From Lysobacteraceae bacterium (GTDB lineage Bacteria; Pseudomonadota; Gammaproteobacteria; DSM-19610), in contig JAIVHA010000009.1 in the NCBI GenBank assembly GCA_020201295.1, positions 1 through 36,303 of the forward strand: a stretch of 36,303 nt of DNA, written 5' to 3'. Each line of letters begins with the position of its first letter. Position 1 is the stretch's first letter. Position numbers and translations under genes: made by a program. Below, piece after piece: positions 19,055 through 27,590 of the stretch. The notes below the pieces were generated by a model that ran no database searches, was not told the origin of the DNA, and was given only the letters and a program-made list of their open reading frames with translations.

Positions 19055-20127
19055 CCCGCCCCGTGCGGGCGCGCATCGATCTTCAGGCCCTGCAACAGAA
19101 TCTCCACCAGGTACGCGTTTCGACACCCCGCAGCAAGGTCATGGCGGTGGTCAAGGCCAACGGCTATGGACATGGGCTGGTGGCCGTGGCCGAGGCCCTG
19201 CACCAGGCGGATGGTTTTGGCGTGGCGCGGCTGGAGGAGGCCCTGGTGCTGCGCGAGGCCGGGATTGGCAAGCCCGTTACCTTGCTCGAGGGTTTCATGG
19301 ATGCCGCGGAACTCGAAGCGGCCGGTCGCCTGGGTCTCGAAGTGGTGCTGCACAGCGACTACCAGCTGGCGCTGCTGGAATCGGCCCACGTACAGGCGTC
19401 CCTGCGGGTGTGGGTGAAGCTGGATACAGGCATGCATCGCCTCGGGTTCGACCCGGAACGCCTCGAAGCGGTAATCCGCCGTCTGCGGGCGCTGCCTTTG
19501 GTGCAGCAACCGCCGGGCTGCCTTTCCCACCTGGCCTGCGCCGACGAACGTGCCAACCCGGCCACGGAAGACCAGCACCGACGCTTTGAGGGGGCACTGA
19601 ACGACTATCCCGGCGAGCGCTCCCTGGCCAACTCCGCCGGCCTGCTGGGCTGGCCGGATCTTCACTACGACTGGGTACGTCCCGGTATCATGCTCTACGG
19701 GGTCTCTCCCTTCGCCGATGCACTGGGGCCCGGGCTCGGCCTGCGGCCGGCGATGACCCTGGAGACCCGCATCATCGGCATCCGCGAGCTGCGCAAGGGC
19801 GATGCCATCGGCTACGGTGGCAGCTGGGTATGCCCCGAGGACATGTGCGTGGGCGTCGCCGCCATCGGCTATGGTGACGGATATCCCCGCCACGCCGCCG
19901 CCGGCACGCCGGTACTCATCCAAGGACGGCGAGTGACCCTGGTGGGGCGGGTGTCCATGGACATGATCACCCTGGACCTGCGCGGCCACGATGCCGTGCG
20001 CGAGGGCGATCGCGTGGTGCTCTGGGGCGAGGGCCTGCCGGTGGAGGAGGTGGCCGCCGCCGCCGACACCATCGGCTATGAACTCCTCACCGGCATCACC
20101 GGACGGGTACAGCTGGAGTATGACTGA
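19051..20127 (+). CDS. alr: alanine racemase
   Basis: PLP-lysine motif AVVKANGYGHG and C-terminal SMDMITLDL. The start overlaps the dnaB stop (ATGA). Confidence 0.9.
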   Translation: MTRPVRARIDLQALQQNLHQVRVSTPRSKVMAVVKANGYGHGLVAVAEALHQADGFGVARLEEALVLREAGIGKPVTLLEGFMDAAELEAAGRLGLEVVLHSDYQLALLESAHVQASLRVWVKLDTGMHRLGFDPERLEAVIRRLRALPLVQQPPGCLSHLACADERANPATEDQHRRFEGALNDYPGERSLANSAGLLGWPDLHYDWVRPGIMLYGVSPFADALGPGLGLRPAMTLETRIIGIRELRKGDAIGYGGSWVCPEDMCVGVAAIGYGDGYPRHAAAGTPVLIQGRRVTLVGRVSMDMITLDLRGHDAVREGDRVVLWGEGLPVEEVAAAADTIGYELLTGITGRVQLEYD

Positions 20128-20148
20128 CTATGTCGAGATCTCTTGATG

Positions 20149-20369
20149 GCCACGGAAGCACACGGAAAGAACCCGTATCGGCACGATCCGCCGCGGCGGT
20201 GTGCCTGTCCTGTTCCCCTGTAGGAGCGGCTTTAGCCGCGAAGTGGTTGGAGACCGCACCAACCCGTTCGCGGCTAAAGCCGCTCCTACGATGCCTGCCG
20301 CTCATGCCCGTGCGCCCCATTCATCCTGATCATGGATTCTTTCCGTGTATTTCCGTGTGCTTCCGTGGC
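20149..20369. repeat. ACGGAA-iteron element, copy 2 (221 bp), carrying a nested REP pair
   Basis: Ends are gccACGGAAgcacACGGAAaga and TTCCGTgtatTTCCGTgtgcTTCCGTggc. Inside is a perfect 23-bp inverted repeat, gtaggagcggctttagccgcgaa (20220-20242) against 20267-20289. Confidence 0.8.
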
Positions 20370-20390
20370 TATAGGGATCTTGACTGAATC

Positions 20391-21696
20391 ATGGCCAAGG
20401 CAAAGATTCTCTATACCTGTAACCAGTGTGGCAGCCAGAGTCCCAAGTGGAGTGGCCAGTGCGGTGACTGCGGGGCCTGGAACAGCCTGGTGGAAACGGC
20501 GGCGGTGACGCCGGTGACCGGCAAGGCGGCGCGCTTCGTCAGCTACGCGGGCGAGCAGGCCGGCCGGGTGCAGGAACTGTCGCAGGTGCAGCCCGGGGCC
20601 GAGCAACGCACCCCCATGGGTTTTGGGGAGCTGGACCGGGTGCTGGGCGGCGGCCTGGTGGCCGGCTCGGTGATCCTCATCGGCGGCGATCCCGGCATCG
20701 GCAAGTCCACCCTGCTGCTGCAGGCCCTGGCGGCCTTCGCGCAAACGCTCTCCACGCTTTATGTGACCGGCGAAGAATCCCCCGAGCAGGTGTCCCTGCG
20801 CGCCCGTCGCCTGGGACTGGCGGGCGAGGGCGTGCGCCTGCTGGCGGAGACATCGGTGGAGCGCATGCTGGAGATCGCCCACCGCGAACGCCCGCAGGTG
20901 ATGGTGGTGGATTCCATCCAGACCGCCTACACGGAACTGTTGCAGTCGGCGCCGGGTTCCGTGGCCCAGGTGCGCGAGAGCGCGGCGCAGCTGGTGCGCT
21001 TTGCCAAGCAGACCGGCACGGCCCTGTTCCTGGTGGGCCATGTCACCAAGGAAGGCACTCTGGCGGGCCCGCGGGTGCTGGAGCACATGGTGGACACGGT
21101 GTTGTATTTCGAAGGTGACGCCGGCGGCCGCTACCGGGTGGTGCGGGCCATCAAGAACCGTTTCGGAGCGGTCAACGAGCTGGGTGTGTTCGCCATGACC
21201 GACCGCGGCCTGAAGGAGGTCAGCAATCCCTCGGCCATCTTTCTCTCACGCCACGAGGAACCGGTGCCCGGCAGCGTGATCATGGTGACCATGGAAGGTA
21301 CGCGCCCCCTGCTGGTGGAGGTGCAGGCACTGGTGGATCACAGTCAGCTGTCCAACCCGCGACGCGTGACCCTGGGCCTGGAGCAGAACCGCCGGTCCAT
21401 GTTGCTGGCGGTGCAGCACCGTCACGGCGGTATCGCCATGGGGGATCAGGATGTGTTCGTGAACCTGGTGGGCGGGGTGCGCGTCAGCGAGACGGCGGCG
21501 GACCTGGCGGTGTTGCTGGCGGTGTTGTCCAGTTTTCGCACCGGTGCCCAATGGCCAGGACCGGCTGCGCGAGGCCGCCAAGCATGGCTTCCGGCGCGCC
21601 ATCGTGCCGGCCGCCAATGCCCCCAAGGGCGGGCGCATCGACGACATGGAAGTGGTGGCGGCACGGCGCCTGGCCGATGTGCTGGAGCTGATTTAA
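20391..21696 (+). pseudogene. radA: DNA repair protein RadA/Sms, frameshifted near the C-terminal Lon-like domain as sequenced
   Basis: Zinc finger CNQCGSQSPKWSGQCGDCGAWN, Walker A GDPGIGKST and KNRFG are intact. After ...LAVLSSFR (21537-21539) the homologous sequence PVPNGQDRLREAAKHGFRRAIVPAAN...LELI* continues in a different frame from 21541 to TAA 21696. About 21 codons are missing. Confidence 0.8.
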
Positions 21697-21702
21697 CTGG
21701 TT

Positions 21703-21783
21703 GTTGTCGGGCTGAAGCCCGACCTACAGGGTGGCACCGTCCCAGTGAAGATATCCATGCAGGTCGGCCTTCAGCCCGACAAC
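21703..21783. repeat. REP-type palindromic pair (gttgtcgggctgaagcccgacctaca family) between convergent genes
   Basis: 21703-21728 and 21758-21783 are inverted copies with two mismatches. Each arm also contains its own small hairpin (cgggct gaa gcccg). Confidence 0.75.
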
Positions 21784-21790
21784 CACAGGC

Positions 21791-22771
21791 TCAGCCCAGC
21801 GCCGACAATTCCCGCTCTACCAACTCGGGATCGCCGAGGTTCAACTCCACCAGCCGACGCAAATGGGTGATGCTGTCCACGTCGATATCGTGGCAGCGGA
21901 AGCCGATCCATTGCGCGTCCACATGCGCCACTTCCACATCCATGCGGATGGTGATCTCCTCGTTGAGGTGAACATCCAGGCGATACAGTTGTTCGCTCTC
22001 CGGTTCCCAATCCGCGGGGCGCTCGACGAGGGCGCCATGCAGGGAGATGTCCGATAGCCGGGCCGGCCACTGCCGTGTTCCCTGGTGCAGGGTGGCGGGC
22101 ACTTCAAAATGGACGCGGCTGAAGTCCCGCTGTTCGTCGGGGCCTTTCTCGACCGCCGGCGGTGTCGTGGCCGCCTGCTCCTCGACGAAGAATTGCAGTT
22201 GCAGGGTACCGATGCGGAGCTGGTCGCCATTGCGCAGGGCCCAGGTCTCGTCGCCCAGGGCTTGATCGTTGACGAAGGGAAGACTGTCGCCTTCCAGGTG
22301 GGAAAGGAAATAGCCGCTGTCGCGCCGCACGATCACGGCCACGGCCACATGGCTCTTGCCGACCCGGGTCATGGCCTTGTCGAGACGAATGGTGCGACCC
22401 AGATGACTGCCATTGAGGATCTGCAGCCAGCCGATGGCCGGTTGGCGCGCAAGCTGTCCGGCCTGCCCAACGAAAGTGCCGCCTGCCTCCAGGCTGAAAC
22501 CGAGGGTATGCTTGCCCACCTGGATGATGTCGCCGTCGTTGAGTTCGTGGGCGGCGGCGCTGACGCCATTGACGCTGATCTCATGCTGGTCGCCCAGGGC
22601 GGTCAGCTGGTAGTGCGCCCCCTGCTTCTGGATGCGCGCATGTTCCGGTTCGACGGCCAGGCTGTCGATGTGGATGGCGCATTCCGGTGCACGGCCAATA
22701 ATGGCCTCGTCCTCGCCCAGTGGGTAGATCTTCAGTTTCTTGTCTTTGAACGACAGCGTGAGCTTCGCCAT
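21791..22771 (-). CDS. FHA-FHA-PilZ three-domain protein (putative c-di-GMP receptor)
   Basis: There are two FHA-like modules (IIGRAPECAIHID...VNG...GDIIQVG, and LGRTIRLD...VND...GDQLRIG). The C-terminal PilZ signature is RDFSR ... DISLHG. Start placed at ATG 22771 (MAKLTLSF), preceded by AAGGAAA. Confidence 0.75.
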   Translation of the reverse strand: MAKLTLSFKDKKLKIYPLGEDEAIIGRAPECAIHIDSLAVEPEHARIQKQGAHYQLTALGDQHEISVNGVSAAAHELNDGDIIQVGKHTLGFSLEAGGTFVGQAGQLARQPAIGWLQILNGSHLGRTIRLDKAMTRVGKSHVAVAVIVRRDSGYFLSHLEGDSLPFVNDQALGDETWALRNGDQLRIGTLQLQFFVEEQAATTPPAVEKGPDEQRDFSRVHFEVPATLHQGTRQWPARLSDISLHGALVERPADWEPESEQLYRLDVHLNEEITIRMDVEVAHVDAQWIGFRCHDIDVDSITHLRRLVELNLGDPELVERELSALG

Positions 22772-22805
22772 CCCGTTGGTTTCCTTACGCTGGGGCTCGC
22801 GCCCG

Positions 22806-22833
22806 ATTATAGTTCCCGGTCCCTGGCTCACAA
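22806..22833 (-). promoter_or_regulatory. candidate sigma-70 promoter for the FHA-PilZ gene
   Basis: On the minus strand: TTGTGA, a 16-nt spacer, then a perfect TATAAT, about 35 nt upstream of the start codon. Confidence 0.4.
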
Positions 22834-22915
22834 GCCGGCCAGGCCGAAATGTGAGGTGTATCACAGTCCCGTGGGGGCGATGCGACCGCCCGATACCATA
22901 CTGTCGGCCATTGGC

Positions 22916-23323
22916 TCAGGAAGTTGATTCCCGGGGGCGTAGCTCCAGGGCCAGGGAATTGATGCAGTAGCGCAGGCCGGTGGGGGGTGGGCCATCCTCG
23001 AACACATGGCCCAGGTGGGCGTCGCAGCGCCGGCAGAGCACTTCCACCCGGCGCATGCCGTGGCTGCTGTCCTCGTGGCGGGTGAGGGCCGTTTCCTTGG
23101 CGGGCTGCCAGAAACTTGGCCAGCCACTGCCGGAATCATACTTGTGGTCGGAGGAGAACAGCTCCGCACCACAGCATACGCAGTGGTAGCTGCCGGCAAT
23201 CTTGCAGTCGTGGTAGCGGCCGCTGAAGGGCCGTTCGGTGCCGTGCCGGCGGGTGACCTGGAACTGTTCCTCGTCCAGGATGGCGCGCCATTCCTGCGGG
23301 GATTTTTCCACTCGCTCGCTCAT
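22916..23323 (-). CDS. msrB: peptide-methionine (R)-S-oxide reductase MsrB
   Basis: Zinc CxxC pairs ([17 protein letters not shown]) and the catalytic RYCINS motif. 135 aa. Confidence 0.9.
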   Translation of the reverse strand: MSERVEKSPQEWRAILDEEQFQVTRRHGTERPFSGRYHDCKIAGSYHCVCCGAELFSSDHKYDSGSGWPSFWQPAKETALTRHEDSSHGMRRVEVLCRRCDAHLGHVFEDGPPPTGLRYCINSLALELRPRESTS

Positions 23324-24496
23324 GATTCATCCTCCTTCTTGTCCGTGGCCGTGCGGTGTTTCACCGGCTGCAGGCGCGCGGTCTTCACCAGGTTGTCCTT
23401 GATCTGCACGATCTCCACCGGGTAGCCGGCCAGCAGCAGGCTGGTACCAGGCTCGGGGATATCCTCCATATGCTCCAGGATCAGGCCGTTGAGGGTCTTC
23501 GGACCCTGGGTGGGCAGGTCGATGCGCAGTGCCCGGTTGAGGTCGCGCACCGTCGCGGTACCGTCCACCAGATAGCTGCCGTCCTCCTGCGGTGTGTAGT
23601 CCTTTATGCTTTCGATGGGGTCGGTGGTGAATTCGCCCACGATCTCTTCCAGGATATCCTCCAGGGTGACCAGCCCCTGGAGATCGCCATATTCATTCAC
23701 CACCAGGCCCACCCGCTGTCGCGAGCGCTGGAAGTTGCGCAGTTGCTGGTTGAGGGAGGTGTTCTCGGGCACGAACAGGGGTTCGCGCACCAGGGCCAGC
23801 AGTTTGTCCTCGTCCAGCTCGCCCTTGCGCAGGGCGGGCAACAGGTCGCGCAGATGGGCAAAGCCGATCACCTCGTCGATGCTGTCGCGGTAGACCGGCA
23901 GGCGCGTGTACTGCAGGGTCATGATCTGCTGCTCGATGTCGGTCCACTCGTCGTTGAGGTCGATGCCCAGCACCTCGTTGCGGGGGATCATGATGTCTTC
24001 CACCGTGACCTGCTCCAGGTCGAGCAGGTTGAGCAGCATCTTCTGGTGACGCTTGGGGATCATGGCGCCGGCCTCCACCAGCACGGTACGTAGCTCCTCG
24101 CGGCTCAGGGCCTGGCCGCTGCTGCCTTCCCGTTCCACGCCCAGTAGCCTCAACAGGCCGTTGGCGATCAGGTTCACGCCCCAGACGATGGGCCACATGA
24201 CATGCTGAAGCGGGGTATAGATATGGGCGGCGGGGAAGGCGATGCGTTCCGGGTGCAGGGCGGCCAGGGTCTTGGGGGTGACCTCGGCGAACAGCAGGAT
24301 GACCAGGGTCAAGCCGGTCGGGCCGGTCCAGCAGCGCCTGGGCCCGCATTGCGCCACGGTGCTTGCCGCGCACGAGATGGCGCAGCCGGTAGCGGTTCAG
24401 GGTCATGAGCCCGGTTTCGGAGCCGGAGAAGAAGGCGGACAGTGCCAGCAGCAGGATCAGTGCGCCGTAGAGTGCGCTTAAGGGGATGGCGTCCAA
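23320..24496 (-). pseudogene. CNNM/CorB-type transporter (DUF21-CBS pair-CorC_HlyC; E. coli yfjD-like), frameshifted in the DUF21 membrane domain as sequenced
   Basis: The N-terminus from TTG 24496 (MDAIPLSALYGALILLLALSAFFSGSETGLMTLNRYRLRHL...LLDRPDRL) is in one frame. The rest (LTLVILLFAEVTPKTLAAL...CBS...CorC_HlyC) is in another frame. The junction is near 24310-24316 and about 36 codons are missing. Confidence 0.75.
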
Positions 24497-24578
24497 GCGG
24501 GGAGAGCCTCATCGATGGCCATGGGGCCCCATTGTACGGAACCGGGTTTTGAATACCAAAGCCGGCCGCTGCCGGTGC

Positions 24579-25391
24579 TCAGTATTTCCCCAACAGCAAT
24601 TCCAGCACCAGCTTGCTGCCGAAGTAGGCCAGCATCAGGAAGCCGAAGCCGATCAGGGTCCAGCGGATGGCCTTGCGGCCGCGCCAGCCGTGGCGTTTGC
24701 GCCCCAGCAACAGGCCGGCGAATACCGTCCAGGCGATCAGCGACAGCACCGTCTTGTGGATCAGATGTTGGGCAAAAATATCCTCCAGAAACAGCACTCC
24801 GGTGAACAGGGACAGGCTCAAGAGAATGAAACCGGTGCCGATCATCTGGAACAGGAGCGCCTCCATGGTCTGGAGGGGTGGCAGCGCGCGCATGAAACCC
24901 CCGGGACGATGGTTGTGCAGCTGGTGGTTCTGGAGCGCCAGCAGCAGGGCCTGGAAGGCCGCCAGGCCAAGGATGCTGTAGGCCAGCACCGAGAGCAGGA
25001 TGTGAGCCTCGATTTGCCAGGAAAGGCTTTTTTCCACAACAGGTTGCGACTGATGGCTGAGGGTGAGCACGAGGCTGATGGCGGCGATGGGCAGCAGCGC
25101 GATCCCCAGGTTTTCCACGGGTTTGCGCAGGGCGGCCAAGAGCAGCAGGCCGGCGGTGAGCAGGGCGATCAGGGAAGAGGCATTGAAGAAGCCGAGGTCG
25201 AGACCCCTGGCGCCCAGCAGGCTGGGCAGCAGCACCCCGGCATGGAGGGCCACGGCCATGAAGCCCACTGCCAGTGCCCCGCCACGCGGCCAGTGTGCGG
25301 TGGGGCCGATCCCGACGAGGCGCGTGGCGAGTATGACGCTGGCCGCGAGGTAGAGCACGATGGCCAGGTTTGCGATCAGCTGAGCATGCAT
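24579..25391 (-). CDS. ypjD: inner-membrane protein of the cytochrome c assembly (CcsA/YpjD-like) family
   Basis: 270-aa polytopic protein, divergent from ffh and next to the yfjD-like gene, as ypjD is in E. coli. Confidence 0.65.
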   Translation of the reverse strand: MHAQLIANLAIVLYLAASVILATRLVGIGPTAHWPRGGALAVGFMAVALHAGVLLPSLLGARGLDLGFFNASSLIALLTAGLLLLAALRKPVENLGIALLPIAAISLVLTLSHQSQPVVEKSLSWQIEAHILLSVLAYSILGLAAFQALLLALQNHQLHNHRPGGFMRALPPLQTMEALLFQMIGTGFILLSLSLFTGVLFLEDIFAQHLIHKTVLSLIAWTVFAGLLLGRKRHGWRGRKAIRWTLIGFGFLMLAYFGSKLVLELLLGKY

Positions 25392-25546
25392 GCCAGGAGA
25401 GTCGGTAAGGTCAGGTCAGGGAAGGGCATGATGGCATATCGGCCGGGCACATAGAAGGGCTCCGGCAAGGTGGACGGGAACCGGCCCGGCCGCGAATAAA
25501 CAGGTACCTGGGGGTGTCGCCCCTGGTATCCACACACTGGAATGGC

Positions 25547-26148
25547 ATGGACATACGAATTCTTGGATGCAGCGGCGGGATCGGCGTGGGGCTGGCCACC
25601 ACCTCCATGGCGATTGACGAGGATATCCTCATTGACGGAGGGACCGGGCTGGGCGAGCTCAGCCTGGACGAAATGGCCGCGGTGCGTCACATCTTCCTGA
25701 CCCATTCCCACCTGGATCATATCGCCGGCCTGCCCATGCTGGTGGATTCCATATTCGAGCGTATTCGCACCCCCATCGTGGTGCATGCGCGCCCCGAGAC
25801 CCTCGCGGCCCTGCGGGAGCATATCTTCAACTGGGTGGTCTGGCCCGATTTCAGCAAACTGCCCAATGCCGAACGACCGGTGTTGCGTTTCTGAACGGCT
25901 ACGACCAGCTGGACCTGCTGGTGGCCGAATGCGCCTTTCCCAACCGCGAGCTCGAATTGTCGCGCATGGCCTACCATTATTGCCCGCAGTTGCTGGCCGC
26001 CGACCTGGCCAAGCTGCGCCACCGCCCGCAACTCTATCTCAGTCACCTCAAACCGGGCATGGAGGCGCAGATCCTCAGCGAATGCGCGGAAATGATCGAG
26101 GGCTTCCCCCTGCGCCTGCTGTCCGGCGGGTGTCGCTTCCAGTTATAA
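25547..26148 (+). pseudogene. class-II 3',5'-cyclic-nucleotide phosphodiesterase (metallo-beta-lactamase fold), internally truncated and frameshifted as sequenced
   Basis: MDIRILGCSGGIG...LTHSHLDHIAGLP...IFNWVVWPDF...PVLRF is followed by TGA at 25892. Homology continues in another frame from 25891 (LNGYDQLDLLVAECAFPNRELELSRMAYHYCP...LSHLKPG) to 26148. Roughly 50 codons appear to be missing. Confidence 0.65.
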
Positions 26149-26203
26149 TCAGATCTTACGGGCGCGCCTCGTGCCCGCCATCTGACAGCAAGCTGGATCT
26201 GCC

Positions 26204-27562
26204 ATGTTCGAAAACCTCTCGGAACGGCTGGGCCGCACCCTCAAGAACCTGCGTGGGCAGGGGCGGCTGAGCGAAGACAATATCAAGGACACCCTGCGGG
26301 AAGTGCGCATGGCGTTGCTGGAGGCGGATGTCGCCCTGCCGGTGGTCAAGGAATTCATCGAGCGCGTGCGGGAGCGGGCGGTCGGTCATGAGGTACTGCA
26401 AAGCCTGACTCCCGGCCAGGCCCTGGTGAAGGTGGTTCATGATGAGCTGGTGCACATCATGGGCGAGGCCAACGATGAACTGCAGCTCAATGTGCAGCCG
26501 CCGGCGGTGGTGCTGATGGCGGGCCTGCAGGGCTCGGGCAAGACCACCAGCACGGCGAAGCTGGCACGCTGGCTCAAGGAGCGGCGCAGGAAGTCGGTCA
26601 TGGTCACCAGTTGCGACGTGTATCGCCCGGCGGCCATCGAGCAGTTGCGCACCCTGGCCGGCGAAGTGGACGTGGCCTTCTTTCCCAGCCAGGCCGACCA
26701 GGATCCGGTCGCCATTGCCCAGGCGGCGCTGGATGCGGCCCGCCGGCAGCATGTGGATGTGCTGATCGTCGATACCGCCGGGCGCCTGCACATCGATGCC
26801 GACATGATGCAGGAGATCCAGCGCCTGCACGCTGTCGTGAATCCGGTCGAGACCCTGTTCGTGGTGGACAGCATGACCGGCCAGGATGCCGCCAACACGG
26901 CACGGGCCTTCCATGACGCCCTGCCCCTCACCGGCGTGGTGCTGACCAAGACCGACGGTGACGCCCGCGGCGGCGCCGCCCTGTCCATCCGCTCCATTAC
27001 CGGCAAACCGATCAAGTTCCTGGGGGTGGGGGAGAAGACCGCCGCCCTCGAGCCCTTCCATCCCGACCGGGTGGCCTCGCGCATCCTCGGCATGGGCGAT
27101 GTGCTCAGTCTGGTGGAGGAGGCGCACCAGCAGGTCGACCAGGACAAGGCCGTCAAGCTGGCCAGGAAGCTGCAGAAGGGCAAGGGCTTCGACCTGGAGG
27201 ATTTCCGCGATCAGCTACAGCAGATGCTGAGCATGGGCGGCATGAGCAGCCTGCTGGACAAGTTGCCCGGTGTCGCCAACCTGCCCAAGGGGGTCAAGGA
27301 GCAGGCCAACGACCGGGATCTGCATCGCATGGTGGCGGTGATTAATTCCATGACGCCCCAGGAACGCCGTCATCCCGACATCATCAAGGCCTCGCGCCGC
27401 AAGCGCATCGCCACGGGGTCCGGCACCCAGGTGCAGGATGTGAACAAGCTGCTCAAGCAGTTCATGCAGATGCAGAAGATGATGAAAAAGATGTCCAAGG
27501 GTGGCATGGCCAAGATGATGCGTGGCCTGAAGGGGCGTATGCCCACGGGCCTGCCCTTTTAA
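26204..27562 (+). CDS. ffh: signal recognition particle protein Ffh
   Basis: NG domain G motifs GLQGSGKTT, DTAGR and TKTDGDARGG, plus a Met-rich M domain (QFMQMQKMMKKM). Confidence 0.95.
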   Translation: MFENLSERLGRTLKNLRGQGRLSEDNIKDTLREVRMALLEADVALPVVKEFIERVRERAVGHEVLQSLTPGQALVKVVHDELVHIMGEANDELQLNVQPPAVVLMAGLQGSGKTTSTAKLARWLKERRRKSVMVTSCDVYRPAAIEQLRTLAGEVDVAFFPSQADQDPVAIAQAALDAARRQHVDVLIVDTAGRLHIDADMMQEIQRLHAVVNPVETLFVVDSMTGQDAANTARAFHDALPLTGVVLTKTDGDARGGAALSIRSITGKPIKFLGVGEKTAALEPFHPDRVASRILGMGDVLSLVEEAHQQVDQDKAVKLARKLQKGKGFDLEDFRDQLQQMLSMGGMSSLLDKLPGVANLPKGVKEQANDRDLHRMVAVINSMTPQERRHPDIIKASRRKRIATGSGTQVQDVNKLLKQFMQMQKMMKKMSKGGMAKMMRGLKGRMPTGLPF

Positions 27563-27590
27563 AATAAAAACGGCAGCCCGGAGGCTGCCG
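27561..27590. terminator. intrinsic terminator hairpin directly after the ffh stop; canonical U-tract only on the minus strand
   Basis: Perfect 8-bp stem cggcagcc/ggctgccg with loop cgga. On the minus strand it is followed by TTTTTATTTT. On the plus strand it is followed by tgtaacag, with no T run. Confidence 0.6.

Noticed and set aside
21697-21971. 3' extension of the radA ORF in the track (526 aa, ending at 21971)
   Set aside because: It arises only from the frameshift at about 21540. It runs through the REP pair and into the convergent FHA-PilZ gene and has no RadA similarity. The genuine C-terminus ends at TAA 21696 in another frame.
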